NCBI GenBank assembly: GCA_016840465.1
Contig: JAEOSH010000004.1
Span: 56,924-88,923 of the forward strand
Reading direction: 5' to 3'
Length of the DNA: 32,000 nt
Source of the DNA: Candidatus Baldrarchaeum yapensis
GTDB lineage: Archaea > Asgardarchaeota > Baldrarchaeia > Baldrarchaeales > Baldrarchaeaceae
Shown: piece after piece, positions 1 to 9,282 of the stretch
Layout: the number at the start of each line of letters is the position of its first letter
Numbering within the stretch: the first letter of the stretch is position 1
Notes under the pieces: generated by a model
What the model saw: only the letters and a program-made list of their open reading frames with translations
Database searches by the model: none
Told to the model about the DNA's origin: nothing
Made by a program: the position numbers and the translations under genes

Positions 1-334
1 CTTTCTCATATAATTCTGTGCATGCATATGCATACTTGTGCAGATACCAGTTAAAAATACCGTATGCAGTACGAGACGTGGTCAAAGTTCCAAGTGTTCA
101 ATCGGTGACGAGATTCTATGCATCTTTTACTAAATCTGAGCAAATTTTTAGCGGAAATCACGTCTTCCGCTTATGCATACACAGAACGACATCAAAATAC
201 CATTAATTATCATGTATGTGAAGCGGCAACAAGAGTAAATATCGTACGCGGATACTTATATACCGCTCACGTGTCAATCAGGTAAAATTATCGGTGAAGT
301 TACCAAGAAACTGGCACAGGTTTCGTAACATTTA

Positions 335-354
335 TAACTTACCTTGGTAAGTTA
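335..354. promoter_or_regulatory. 9-bp perfect inverted repeat (TAACTTACC-TT-GGTAAGTTA) overlapping a TTTATAA TATA box; putative operator
   Basis: Read directly from the sequence. TTTATAA at 331-337 lies about 50 nt upstream of the ATPase reading frame. Confidence 0.5.
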
Positions 355-389
355 CCGAACCGATCAGTAAGCTATAGCTATATTGAAGT

Positions 390-1252
390 GATACTCATAC
401 GCTTAGGCTCTTACCATTCTTCGTAGATAGGGAGGAGGAATTAGCTTTTCTCAAGACGATTATCAGAGCGAGTGGAACTCTGCTCATAAAGGGGCGCAGA
501 GGTTCCGGGAAGACCGCGGTAGTGGTAAAGTTGCTGGAAGAGTTAGAGAAGGAGGGGATGAAGTGCGTGTTTATAGACTGTCAGCGACTGTCGAGGGTGA
601 TAGACCTGGTAAAAATCGCCATGAAGGAGCTAGAAGAGCGTTTTCTCACTCCCAGAAATGGAGATAGAGAGTCCCTCGAGAAACTTTTTGCAATTTTAGG
701 GGAGGAAGATGTGCGGGTTGTCGCATTTGACGAATTTGTATTCTTGGTAAAGTGTCTTTCTAGGCGCGAGGACTACGGAAATACTGAGTCCATGGTGGCG
801 CGTTTGAGAGCACTCGCATCGACTGCTCCGTTCTCAACAGTCTTCACTTCAAGTTCCCTAAGGGAAGTACGTGCAATGATGAGCACGCATAGAAGGGTCA
901 TAGCAAGAGGATTTGATGCGATCCTTGGTTTAAAGCCGCTATCCTTTAAGCACTCGGTGGAGTTCATCAAAAAGGCTTCAGCACTGTACGGCATCGACAT
1001 ACCGGAGGATGATACGCTGAAGATGGCAATATACGGCGATGAAATACCTTTTTACATGCTATCTCTCGTGAGATCATACGTAATGGCTAAAAGTGCTGAC
1101 AACGCGCTTAAGGAGGAACTCACGAATAGACCAGTTGAGAGATCTTAAAAAAAGATAAAAATGGGGCCGTTTTTCTAAGTCTTCCCGAAGCAATGAGGCT
1201 ATGGTTTTCGGCATCTCTATCGGAACAAATAAGAGGAAACCCGGATACTTAG
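390..1252 (+). pseudogene. Archaeal AAA/P-loop ATPase (wHTH-associated type), degraded
   Basis: The frame is open upstream of ORF 522 and gives FVDREEEL and Walker A GRRGSGKT; Walker B is VVAFDEF. There is no in-frame ATG/GTG (GTG at 388 is out of frame). It stops at 1148, and a wHTH-like tail (ILKKDKNGAVFLSLPEAMRLWF) continues in another frame to 1252, implying a frameshift plus internal deletion. Confidence 0.7.
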
Positions 1253-1268
1253 GTTGAGAGGGATTCCA

Positions 1269-1794
1269 ATGTATCGCATTGAGGTTCAATCTCTTACATT
1301 ATCTGTCCCGAGAGAGATTATCGAAAAGGCCGAGAGAAAGGGTGTAGATTTAGAGTCATTAATACTAGAGGTGTTGATAGAAAAGCTCGATCTTAATCCT
1401 GATGATGCTTCAAAAATCCATATTAGTCGAGCAAAGAAGTTTCTAGACGAGGGAAAGGAATTAATAAGTAAGGATTCCGTGCAGGCCAGTGAAAAGTTGT
1501 ATAAGGCCGCAGAGGAGTGCGTTAAGGGGCTCACTTATTACTTCAATATCGAAGACGTAATAAACGAGGGAAGGAGGAGGGGGAGATGGACAGTTTCATT
1601 GCTCGAAAAAGCGGTGGAGGAAATTTCAGAGAAGCTGGGTACGTGGTTTCGAAGAAGCGTGGGACAGAGCAAATTACCTCCATGCCTGGGGCTTCCACGA
1701 GGCAAAACTCGATGTCATTGCGGTGGAGAGAAGAGCACCTTACGTGGAGAAAATGGTAAATGAAGCCCTAAAGATAATTTTTGGACCCGCATAA
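1269..1794 (+). pseudogene. PaREP1-family (HEPN-like) protein, frameshifted near 1651-1656
   Basis: QASEKLYKAAEECVK motif. The shifted frame reads AWDRANYLHAWGFHEAKLD...GPA-stop (1792-1794), the typical PaREP1 C-terminus. Confidence 0.8.
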
Positions 1795-1978
1795 GATAGA
1801 GATACCGAATGACATTCGAGAGTAGCGGTATTATTCTCCAAACATTATGTGGCGTTTTTAAGTGCGACATTTAGTCGGATATGAGTACTTCTAATGACTC
1901 CAATCCACACATTGAAAAATGTATGTGCTATTGTAAAACTTGGTTGTAATAACTCATACAACAATCGGGATGATATTT

Positions 1979-3205
1979 ATGCCAGAAGAGTTCTTTACAG
2001 AAAAATCCAAGGACGCCGTCAAAATATGTGACGATGTGTACTGGGTTGGCGCAATCGATTACAAAATCAGGGACTTCCACGGGTATTTTACGCCGCATGG
2101 CACCACATACAACGCGTATCTGATCCTCGGAGATGAGCCCATCCTTATCGACACTGTGAAGAGGGGGTTCTTCGGGGAAATGCTGAGCAGGATAAGCAGC
2201 GTGGTCGAGCCGGAGGAGATAAAGTATATCGTAGCACTGCACTCCGAGTTAGACCACTCCGGCAGTCTTCCCGCAATTTTGAAGATAGCAAAGCATGCGA
2301 GAGTAATAGCGTCGGAAAAATGCCAAGAGTTTTTAAAACTGCACCACCACAACCTTAACTTACAGGTCCTCACCGTCGAAGATGGAACGACATTGAAGAT
2401 CGGCAACATGACGTGTACGTTCCTCAACGCGTCGATGCTCCACTGGCCCGACAACACAATGCTCTTCCTACATGAAAGAGGAATCCTATTCTCAAGCGAT
2501 GCGTTCGGACAACATCTGGCAACGCGCGAGAGGTTTTCCGACCAGGTGTCTAATGACGTGGTCATGTACGAGGCTAAGAAGTACTACGCAAACATAATAT
2601 CAAGATACGCCGCCGTAGTCACCAAAAAACTGAATGATCTCCTCAGTAGGAACTTTAACATTGAGATTATTGCCCCGGCACATGGAGTAATATGGCGCGG
2701 GGATCTCAAGGGGATCCTAGATGCGTACCTCAAGTGGAGCAACGGGGTTCCCGAGAAAAAGGCGGTAGTGGTATATGATACAATGTGGGGAAGCACCGCG
2801 AGAATGGCGCACGCAATAGCGAGCGGGATCATGAGTAAGGGAGTGAAGGTGAAGGTCTTTAACCTGAGGAGCACGGACAGGTCGGAGGTCCTTACCGAGG
2901 TCTTAGATGCATGTGCGATTGTCGTGGGCTCCCCCACGCTAAACAACACCATGTTTCCAACAGTTGCAGATTTCCTCACATATCTGAAGGGCTTCAAGTT
3001 AAAGAATAAGATAGGCGCCGCATTCGGATCTTACGGGTGGAGCGGTGAGGCGCCCAAAGAGGTACTCGATATTCTGAAATCCATGGGGTTCGAGGTCATA
3101 GAACCTCCCCTCAGAACAAAGTACGTGCCGTCAGAGGAAGACCTCGCCAAATGCCAAGAATTCGGCACAAAAATAAGCGATATGGTGCTATCCAAAACCG
3201 CTTAA
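1979..3205 (+). CDS. fprA: Flavodiiron protein (A-type flavoprotein; metallo-beta-lactamase + flavodoxin domains)
   Basis: GTTYNAYLI, HSELDH (HxExDH), HWPD, SSDAFGQH, APAHG, YDTMWGST and AFGSYGWSGEA motifs. Start set at ATG 1979 after GGGATGA. Confidence 0.93.
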   Translation: MPEEFFTEKSKDAVKICDDVYWVGAIDYKIRDFHGYFTPHGTTYNAYLILGDEPILIDTVKRGFFGEMLSRISSVVEPEEIKYIVALHSELDHSGSLPAILKIAKHARVIASEKCQEFLKLHHHNLNLQVLTVEDGTTLKIGNMTCTFLNASMLHWPDNTMLFLHERGILFSSDAFGQHLATRERFSDQVSNDVVMYEAKKYYANIISRYAAVVTKKLNDLLSRNFNIEIIAPAHGVIWRGDLKGILDAYLKWSNGVPEKKAVVVYDTMWGSTARMAHAIASGIMSKGVKVKVFNLRSTDRSEVLTEVLDACAIVVGSPTLNNTMFPTVADFLTYLKGFKLKNKIGAAFGSYGWSGEAPKEVLDILKSMGFEVIEPPLRTKYVPSEEDLAKCQEFGTKISDMVLSKTA

Positions 3206-3380
3206 AGGAATCATCTTAGCCCGCTGTTTGTAGCAATTATCTTTTTTCTTTCATCTAAGAACATTTAATTTAAACCCGTTCTTTCCGTAATCGCTAAAAC
3301 GATAAAAACATCCGTATGCTCCACACCGTTGTCCATCGTTCCGTTTTCGCAGATTTATATACGGAGAGTTCTGTAAATAA

Positions 3381-3896
3381 ATGAATGAGCACGGAGGGGC
3401 TTCGTTGACAGTAGAGCTGCCCGAGAAAATCTTTAAGGTAATAGCAGAGGAGGCACGTAGAAAGAAGAAGACGATAGAAGGTGTAATAGTGGAGAGGTTC
3501 ATAGAGGGTCTCGATCCCAGAGCGAGGGTTGAAGTGTACATGGAGTTGTTCGATAAATACTTGCGAGAGGCGGATGAGAACTACCAGAGGGGAGATTTGC
3601 CACAGACGGGTGAGAAGTACTGGAGAGCCGTGACATCCCTCTTAAACGCAATCGGAGAACTGGAGTCCCTCCCCCACTATACCCATAGGGACTATGTCGA
3701 AATCGTCGAACATATTGCCGAAAAGTATAGCGACCCCGAAATATCGACCCTTTTCAGACTGGTGGAGGGGCTTCATGCAAACTTCTATCATAATTTCCTC
3801 AGAAAGATGACCTTCGAAAGTCATAGAAGTGGCGTTCTCACTCTCATTAAAAAGCTAGGGTCGGTAATTGAGAATCTAATGCGGAAAAAACTTTGA
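3381..3896 (+). CDS. PaREP1-family (HEPN-like) protein with N-terminal RHH-like segment
   Basis: GDLPQTGEKYWRAV and LHANFYHN motifs. TTTATATA about 26 nt upstream suggests a leaderless transcript. Confidence 0.8.
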   Translation: MNEHGGASLTVELPEKIFKVIAEEARRKKKTIEGVIVERFIEGLDPRARVEVYMELFDKYLREADENYQRGDLPQTGEKYWRAVTSLLNAIGELESLPHYTHRDYVEIVEHIAEKYSDPEISTLFRLVEGLHANFYHNFLRKMTFESHRSGVLTLIKKLGSVIENLMRKKL

Positions 3897-3929
3897 TTAT
3901 TTGCGAATCAATGTTTTATCCCGGACATC

Positions 3930-4172
3930 GCATCATCCGAAAGAAGTTTTCACAACTTCGAAACTCTCACAGATGCTAATGCGGCCTTCTCCGCATCGGA
4001 TGAGTATATGAAGATCTTACCTCTCTTAATTTTATTTTTCAATATCTATTCTTTTTCTCCTCAATACGGTTTTTATGCTATTAACTAGGATGTTTTCCAT
4101 TCTCGATCTGACTCTATCGGACTTTAGGGCTATTTCCCCGTATCTGACGATGACGGTGTCGTACACTTTCAT
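3930..4172 (-). pseudogene. thiI: 5' fragment of tRNA sulfurtransferase ThiI
   Basis: Not in the ORF track. ATG at 4172 gives MKVYDTVIVRYGEIALKSDRVRSRMENILVNSIK with a stop at 4032-4034. Shifted frames continue RGKIFIYSSDAEKAA and VFEVVKTS, then similarity is lost. Confidence 0.75.
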
Positions 4173-4201
4173 GAAACCCCATACATTTTCATGTTAAGGG
4201 G

Positions 4202-4527
4202 CATATAGGGCTCGATGTAAGTAGCTTATCAAAGGCAATAGACATAGTCGAAAAATTCAAGCGCTGCCCGAGGGTCTTCATGATCTGCACGTGCTCCGGG
4301 GATTATAACCTGATACTAATACTCATTGCGGAAAACTTTGATTCTCTGAGAGCCTTCATTGAGAAGAATATACGAAGTATCGCGGAGGTCAGAAAGATTA
4401 GCGTGAATTTCGGAGACGTTGTGCGTCCCGATTTCGTTCCGATCCCATTCAGGATACATGACCCCTGTTGTATTCCCAATTGTGATGAATGCGAAATGCT
4501 CAAGGACCTTCAAATTTGCTCGGGATG
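4202..4527 (+). pseudogene. Inverted internal segment carrying the C-terminal (ligand-binding + Cys-rich) half of an Lrp/AsnC regulator
   Basis: Reads HIGLDVSSLSKAIDIVEKFKRCPRVFMICTCSGDYNLILILIAEN...CCIPNCDECEMLKDLQICSGC. It has no HTH on this strand and is bounded by CAT (4202-4204) and ATG (4525-4527). Confidence 0.75.
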
Positions 4528-4750
4528 TGCCATGTGCAGGTTTAGCTTTCGAGGATTGATGTTCGCCTGGACTTTCATCACTCCCTCTCTCACAAGTCTT
4601 GATATGCAATCCCGTACGGACGGGTGCTTCAGCCCCACCTTCTCTCCTAAGCTTACGAGGCTCTCCCTTCCGTTATCTTGGAGTTCCGCTATGAGTTTTT
4701 ACGTCGATGCTGTCCAGCTGGGGTACATCCTTTCTGACCCTTTTCTCCAT
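4525..4750 (-). pseudogene. N-terminal HTH half of the same Lrp/AsnC regulator
   Basis: ATG at 4750 gives LDSIDVK(+1 shift in the T-run at 4696-4700)LIAELQDNGRESLVSLGEKVGLKHPSVRDCISRLVREGVMKVQANINPRKLNLHMAH, an AsnC-type HTH. Confidence 0.78.
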
Positions 4751-4832
4751 TTCGTACACACTGTCTACAATTTGTAGGGATAATCATATATTTGCCTACT
4801 GATTGTAAGTAAAGGTGCCGCGAGGGTGTCAT

Positions 4833-5051
4833 ATGGTGAAGCGAAGGGTTGGTCTGAAAATCAGAGGTATGCGGTGTATTGGTTGTGTTGAAACGATAAA
4901 GGGCGCACTTAAGCGCATTGATGGAGTTCTAGACGTAAATATAGATTTGGAGTCGGGAAACGCGGTCATAATATTCGATGATGAAAAGACGTCTCTGGAT
5001 GCGTTGGTTGGGGTTGGCGAGATAAAGAGACTGGGGTACGATGTTACATGA
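4833..5051 (+). CDS. HMA-domain heavy-metal chaperone (CopZ-like), or detached N-terminal domain of the downstream P1B-ATPase
   Basis: GMRCIGC (GMxCxxC) in a ferredoxin-like fold pattern. Confidence 0.85.
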   Translation: MVKRRVGLKIRGMRCIGCVETIKGALKRIDGVLDVNIDLESGNAVIIFDDEKTSLDALVGVGEIKRLGYDVT

Positions 5052-5085
5052 CGAACGTTACCACATCTTCGCTCTTTATTAGGGT

Positions 5086-6938
5086 ATGGTGCTTGTGTAT
5101 GTTATGGAGCGCGAATATCTTTTTCCGACACTGGTAATAGCTCTAGGAATTACCAGCATGATCCTGCATTTTTTCCTATTTGAAAGATTGGAGTCAGTTC
5201 TTCTCATGGCAATTCTGCTCATTCTCGGTATCTGGACAATTATTGACTTTTTAAAGGGAGTTACAGGCGCAAGCGAGGAAATCGTCAGGGTTCTTATGAT
5301 CTTCGTAGGTGGGGTTCTCCTGTACTTTGGGTTGCACTTGGAGTGCATACTGCTGATGGTAATGTTCGGGACCGCCGAGTTGATAGAGGAGCGCGTCAAG
5401 GAACTTGCCGAGCACGGTCTGAGAAAGACTTTAGAGCTAATGCCACGGGTTGTTAGGGTCATCGAGGGAGAGGTTGTTGCGATGAAGGATGTGGGGGATA
5501 TGAAAGCCGGGGATGTTGTTGTGGTGGGGAGAGGAGAGCGCATTCCGGTGGACGGTGTGGTTGTTGAGGGGGAGGCTTTAGTTGACGAGTCGGCGATAAC
5601 CGGAGAACCAGAGCCGAGAAGTATCGGGATCTTTAATGAGGTGATTGCGGGAGGACTGGTACTATCGGGGCTTTGAGGGTAAGAGCTAGGGTTTCTGGGC
5701 CGGAATCGACATTAGCGCAGATAGTTAAGCTTGCCGAGAGGTATAAAGAGAGAAAGGCGAGAATAGAGTCTATAGTTCATAAGTTCTCGCGCATTTATCT
5801 TTCAATGATGCTGGTGTTGGCGGCGGTGGTGTGGGTCACGCTCGGATATTACAAAGCGCTAATAGTGCTGGCGGTGGGTTGTCCCAGCGCATATCTTGTG
5901 GCAATTCCCGCCACGCTTCTTCTATCACTGAGCGTTTATGCACGGAGAGGTATTGTGGTTAAGGGTACGCGCCCAATAGAGGCAGCATCGAAAGTGAAGG
6001 TAATGGCGCTCGATAAAACGGGGACGCTCACCCTAGGCGATCTGTTTCTGGAGAAAATAGTGATACTGGATGGTAGGTTCACGGAAAATAATGTTCTCGC
6101 TTACGCGGCATCTCTTGAGGTGCATTCCACGCACCCCATCGCGAGAGCAGTACTGAGAGAAGCAAGGAGGAGAAAGATACGGCTTTTGAAGATCTCTGAC
6201 GTTATGGAAGTGCCCGCGGTAGGGATACAGGGGAAAACTTTGGATGGAAGGCGAATATTTCTAGGCAAGCTTGACATCATGCGAGTAAAGGAGCACCTTC
6301 CAGTGGAGTATACTGAGATTGAGGGAAAGACGATAGTACAATTATCCGTGGATGATAGAATTGCAGCGTTGATGGTATTTTCGGATAGATTGAATCCGAA
6401 AGCGAAAAGCATGATAAAAGAGTTGAAGAAGTTGGGATTGCGAATCCTACTGCTGACAGGGGATAAAATATCAAATGCAAAAGCGGTTGCGGATGCCTTG
6501 GAAATAACCGAGTTTTATGCGGGTTTGTTGCCCGAGGATAAGGTTAGGATCATTGAGGAGTTGAAGTCCGTTTATAGGGGCAGGGTCGCGATGGTCGGGG
6601 ATGGTATAAATGATGCGCCCGCACTTGCGGCGTCGGATGTTGGTATTGCGATAGGTTCACTGGAAGTTGCAGGCGAATCGGGGGATTTCGTTGTCCCGGC
6701 GCAGAGAATTAGGAATGTGCCCTTTATAATCAAGTTCTCACGCAGATGCATGCGCGCGGTGATGGAAAATATTAGCATCATTTTAGTAACAAAAATTATA
6801 GCGCTAGTACTGGGACTTCTCGGACTCTTGCCACTGTGGTTGTCCGTTGCAGTGGGAGACGATGGTGGCGTACTGCTCGCGTTATTAAATACGATTAAAA
6901 TATTGCGTGCTCCGATGATTTTCAGTTCAAAATCCTAA
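5086..6938 (+). pseudogene. Heavy-metal-translocating P1B-type ATPase (Zn/Cd-like), split by a 1-nt frameshift at the G-run 5667-5670
   Basis: GERIPVDG, TGEP, GCPS, DKTGTLT, STHP, LLTGD and GDGINDAPAL motifs, with K in the penultimate TM and D in the last TM. Adding one G joins SG-A-LRVRAR across the two ORFs. Confidence 0.88.
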
Positions 6939-7122
6939 TTTTTCTGAATTGGGGAAGTTTTTCAGATCCTGAGAGGCGGAAGGCGTAATGACCTGCGTTT
7001 CTTGTAACTTGCCAATCGCATATGGGTTAAGTTGAAGCCGTGGGTACGAATCATGACTTTAACCGAACAATAAACATAAGTTTATGGCTCAACGAATGTA
7101 TTTTCAGAGAATGGTGTTGTGA

Positions 7123-7635
7123 ATGACCGACAAGGAGATTATTGTGCTTCCTAGGAGCCTTATTGAGAAGATTCGTCAGGAGGCGGAGACGCTAGGAGTC
7201 AGCCTAGACGAGTTAATAATCGAAAGGCTAACATCTGGCTTGGATCCGAAGGAAAGAGCGGAAAAGTACATTGAAGCCGCATTATTGTTTTTAGAACGAG
7301 CGAAAAGAGAGTTAGAAGAGGGAGATCTTAAACAGGCATCGGAGAAACTCTGGGGTGCGGCAGCACCTGCAATAAAGGCATATGCTTACTGGAAGGATGG
7401 TAAGCGATTGGCGAGTTATCGTGATCTCTGGGAGTATAAGGATAAGGTTGTAATCGAATTGGGCAAATGGGTTAGAAGTGCGTGGAACGTTGCTAATAGT
7501 ATGCATACAAACTTCTATGAGGGATGGGCGACAAGAAAAGATGTAGAAGATGCGTTTACGGAGATTGAAAGGCTAATTAAGGTAATATCGGAAAGATTAC
7601 GTAGATGTCGGAGTAACATTAAGAAAGAAGGTTGA
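7123..7635 (+). CDS. PaREP1-family (HEPN-like) protein
   Basis: GDLKQASEKLWGAAA and AWNVANSMHTNFYEGW motifs. Confidence 0.85.
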   Translation: MTDKEIIVLPRSLIEKIRQEAETLGVSLDELIIERLTSGLDPKERAEKYIEAALLFLERAKRELEEGDLKQASEKLWGAAAPAIKAYAYWKDGKRLASYRDLWEYKDKVVIELGKWVRSAWNVANSMHTNFYEGWATRKDVEDAFTEIERLIKVISERLRRCRSNIKKEG

Positions 7636-7759
7636 TGAGCCTCATTTTATCGCTCGTGCATTTGAGTGTTCAATTAGCAGACTAAATTTGTGTATGGAGG
7701 TTAGTATATTAATAACCGGAACTAATTACCTAAAACAATAGATAAAAGTTTAAGGTAGT

Positions 7760-7848
7760 GTCACGGTGGTGGTCTGTCACCCCATATCATTCCAGGGATG
7801 GCCACCGCCATGGTGACCACCCCCGGATCCTTTTTGCTTTCGTTTTTC
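7760..7848 (+). other. Long GC-rich hairpin followed by T-tracts (structured RNA, terminator or attenuator candidate)
   Basis: GTCAC(7760-64)/GTGAC(7813-17). GGTGGTGGTC pairs with GGCCACCGCC using two G-U wobbles on the + strand. Followed by TTTTT-GC-TTT-CG-TTTTT. Confidence 0.4.
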
Positions 7849-8336
7849 ATGTTATAGTTATATTTATCGATATTTATACTCAACTGATAGGTGAGCTATC
7901 TTTTTGACGCTTCTAAGCGACTCTCGACACTTTTATTCAATATTCTATCAGTAGACACTATTTTCTGATTACATTCTGATGATACGGCATAGTGGAGCCC
8001 AATATTTGTTCTGTCGTGAAAAATCTTTTGTACAAAGCGGATTTCGTCACGTTACTGGGGAAATCTAAGTTTAAGAGTTGTCGTTCCCCATATCTAACCT
8101 GGAGGTCGCCGTATGAGCATTAGGCGGAAATTGCTCGATAGATTTATGCCGCGGGAGTTCATGGAACTCGCTGGGATGTTTCATGCATGTATCTTCGTAT
8201 TTCAGCGTACCGTTTCGAAACCATGATATTTGCGGCATTATTGCGTGAAGTTCTCGGGAAGGAGGTATCAGTGGGATGGTAAACTCTTACTGAGAAGGGT
8301 AGCGAGACCGTAATCAGGGTGCATGAGTGACGAGTT

Positions 8337-9130
8337 CTATACCATACCGTGCAGTCGAATAAGTCGGGTGGAAATTTCCATTATGGACACATTTCTTTGT
8401 AGGTCTCTGAAATCCGCAAACAGAGAAATGGACACCATTAGTAGATCGTCTATCGAGCAAACGCATAATGCTCTTTTTTCGTTCCTACGGCGACGAATGA
8501 GATTCCATCTCCTTCTATCCACTTCCTTACTCTCTCGGAAAGGTTGTATATCATGATTGGGAGAAGTTTTCTCTGCTTATTTTCAGTCTTTTTGCAGACT
8601 TCTCGTAAATGACGCTTTCAGACTTCTTATCTATTAGTGAGATGTACTCGGAGTTCGAGTACTCAAATGCCCTTTCCACAATTTCCTCTAAACTCTCGGA
8701 TAGCATTAGAGTTAACATTCTCTTCTCGAACTCCTTGAATACCATAACGTTTCCATCCCACGCCTCCAGCACTCTCTCGAACTCCAGAATGAAGAGTCTC
8801 AGTAGCGAGGATATCAGGTCATACGCAAGGTCTTCTGGAATTTCGGTGCTTACACGCATGACCTCCTATCAGTCCTCTAGTTCGTAAGCAGTACACTTTT
8901 TCTTCCTTGAACATGAAGCCTGATAGTTCGCCGGCGCCTATCTCCCGTGCAAATGACAGAACTGCGGAGACGAATCCGGAAAACAATTGTTCATCGGTTT
9001 CGTGCTCCTTTGACGCTAGGGAAACCAGACACTCGCCGCTTTCTCTCAAGATGTATATTCCCTTAATCGTCTGCTGCCCGCGCGTCATGTTACTCGCCTG
9101 CTGCCTTTCCTTAGGGGTTATACCTCTCAT
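8337..9130 (-). pseudogene. Longin-domain protein with a second roadblock/profilin-like domain, about 3 frameshifts
   Basis: IKGIYILRESGECL..DEQLFSGFVSAVLSFAREIG..WDGNVMVFKEF matches the Asgard longin pattern. It continues across shifts (about 8860, 8560, 8455) into YISLIDKKSESVIYEK..ISFVAVGTKKEHYAFAR/IDDLLMVSI. Confidence 0.6.
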
Positions 9131-9139
9131 AATAACCAG

Positions 9140-9176
9140 AATTTGAACTTAAGGATATTCGGGGCATGTTCAAATT
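9140..9176. promoter_or_regulatory. 9-bp inverted repeat (AATTTGAAC-N19-GTTCAAATT) enclosing a TATA-like CTTAAG upstream of the longin gene
   Basis: Read directly from the sequence. Confidence 0.35.
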
Positions 9177-9282
9177 TCGGATATGGTCTCGCATCTCTGT
9201 ACAACCGCGGGATGGGGCTTGTTGGTGATAAATTCTTGGAGAAAAAGAAGGTATAGAGATGCTCATGGAATTGATTGCATAA

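Noticed and set aside
18-206. 62-aa ORF
   Set aside because: No recognisable motif or RBS; likely intergenic.
8113-8335. Possible decayed gene after a GGAGGT RBS (MSIRRKLLDRF...)
   Set aside because: Multiple stops and no family recognisable; downstream sequence is better explained by the minus-strand longin pseudogene.
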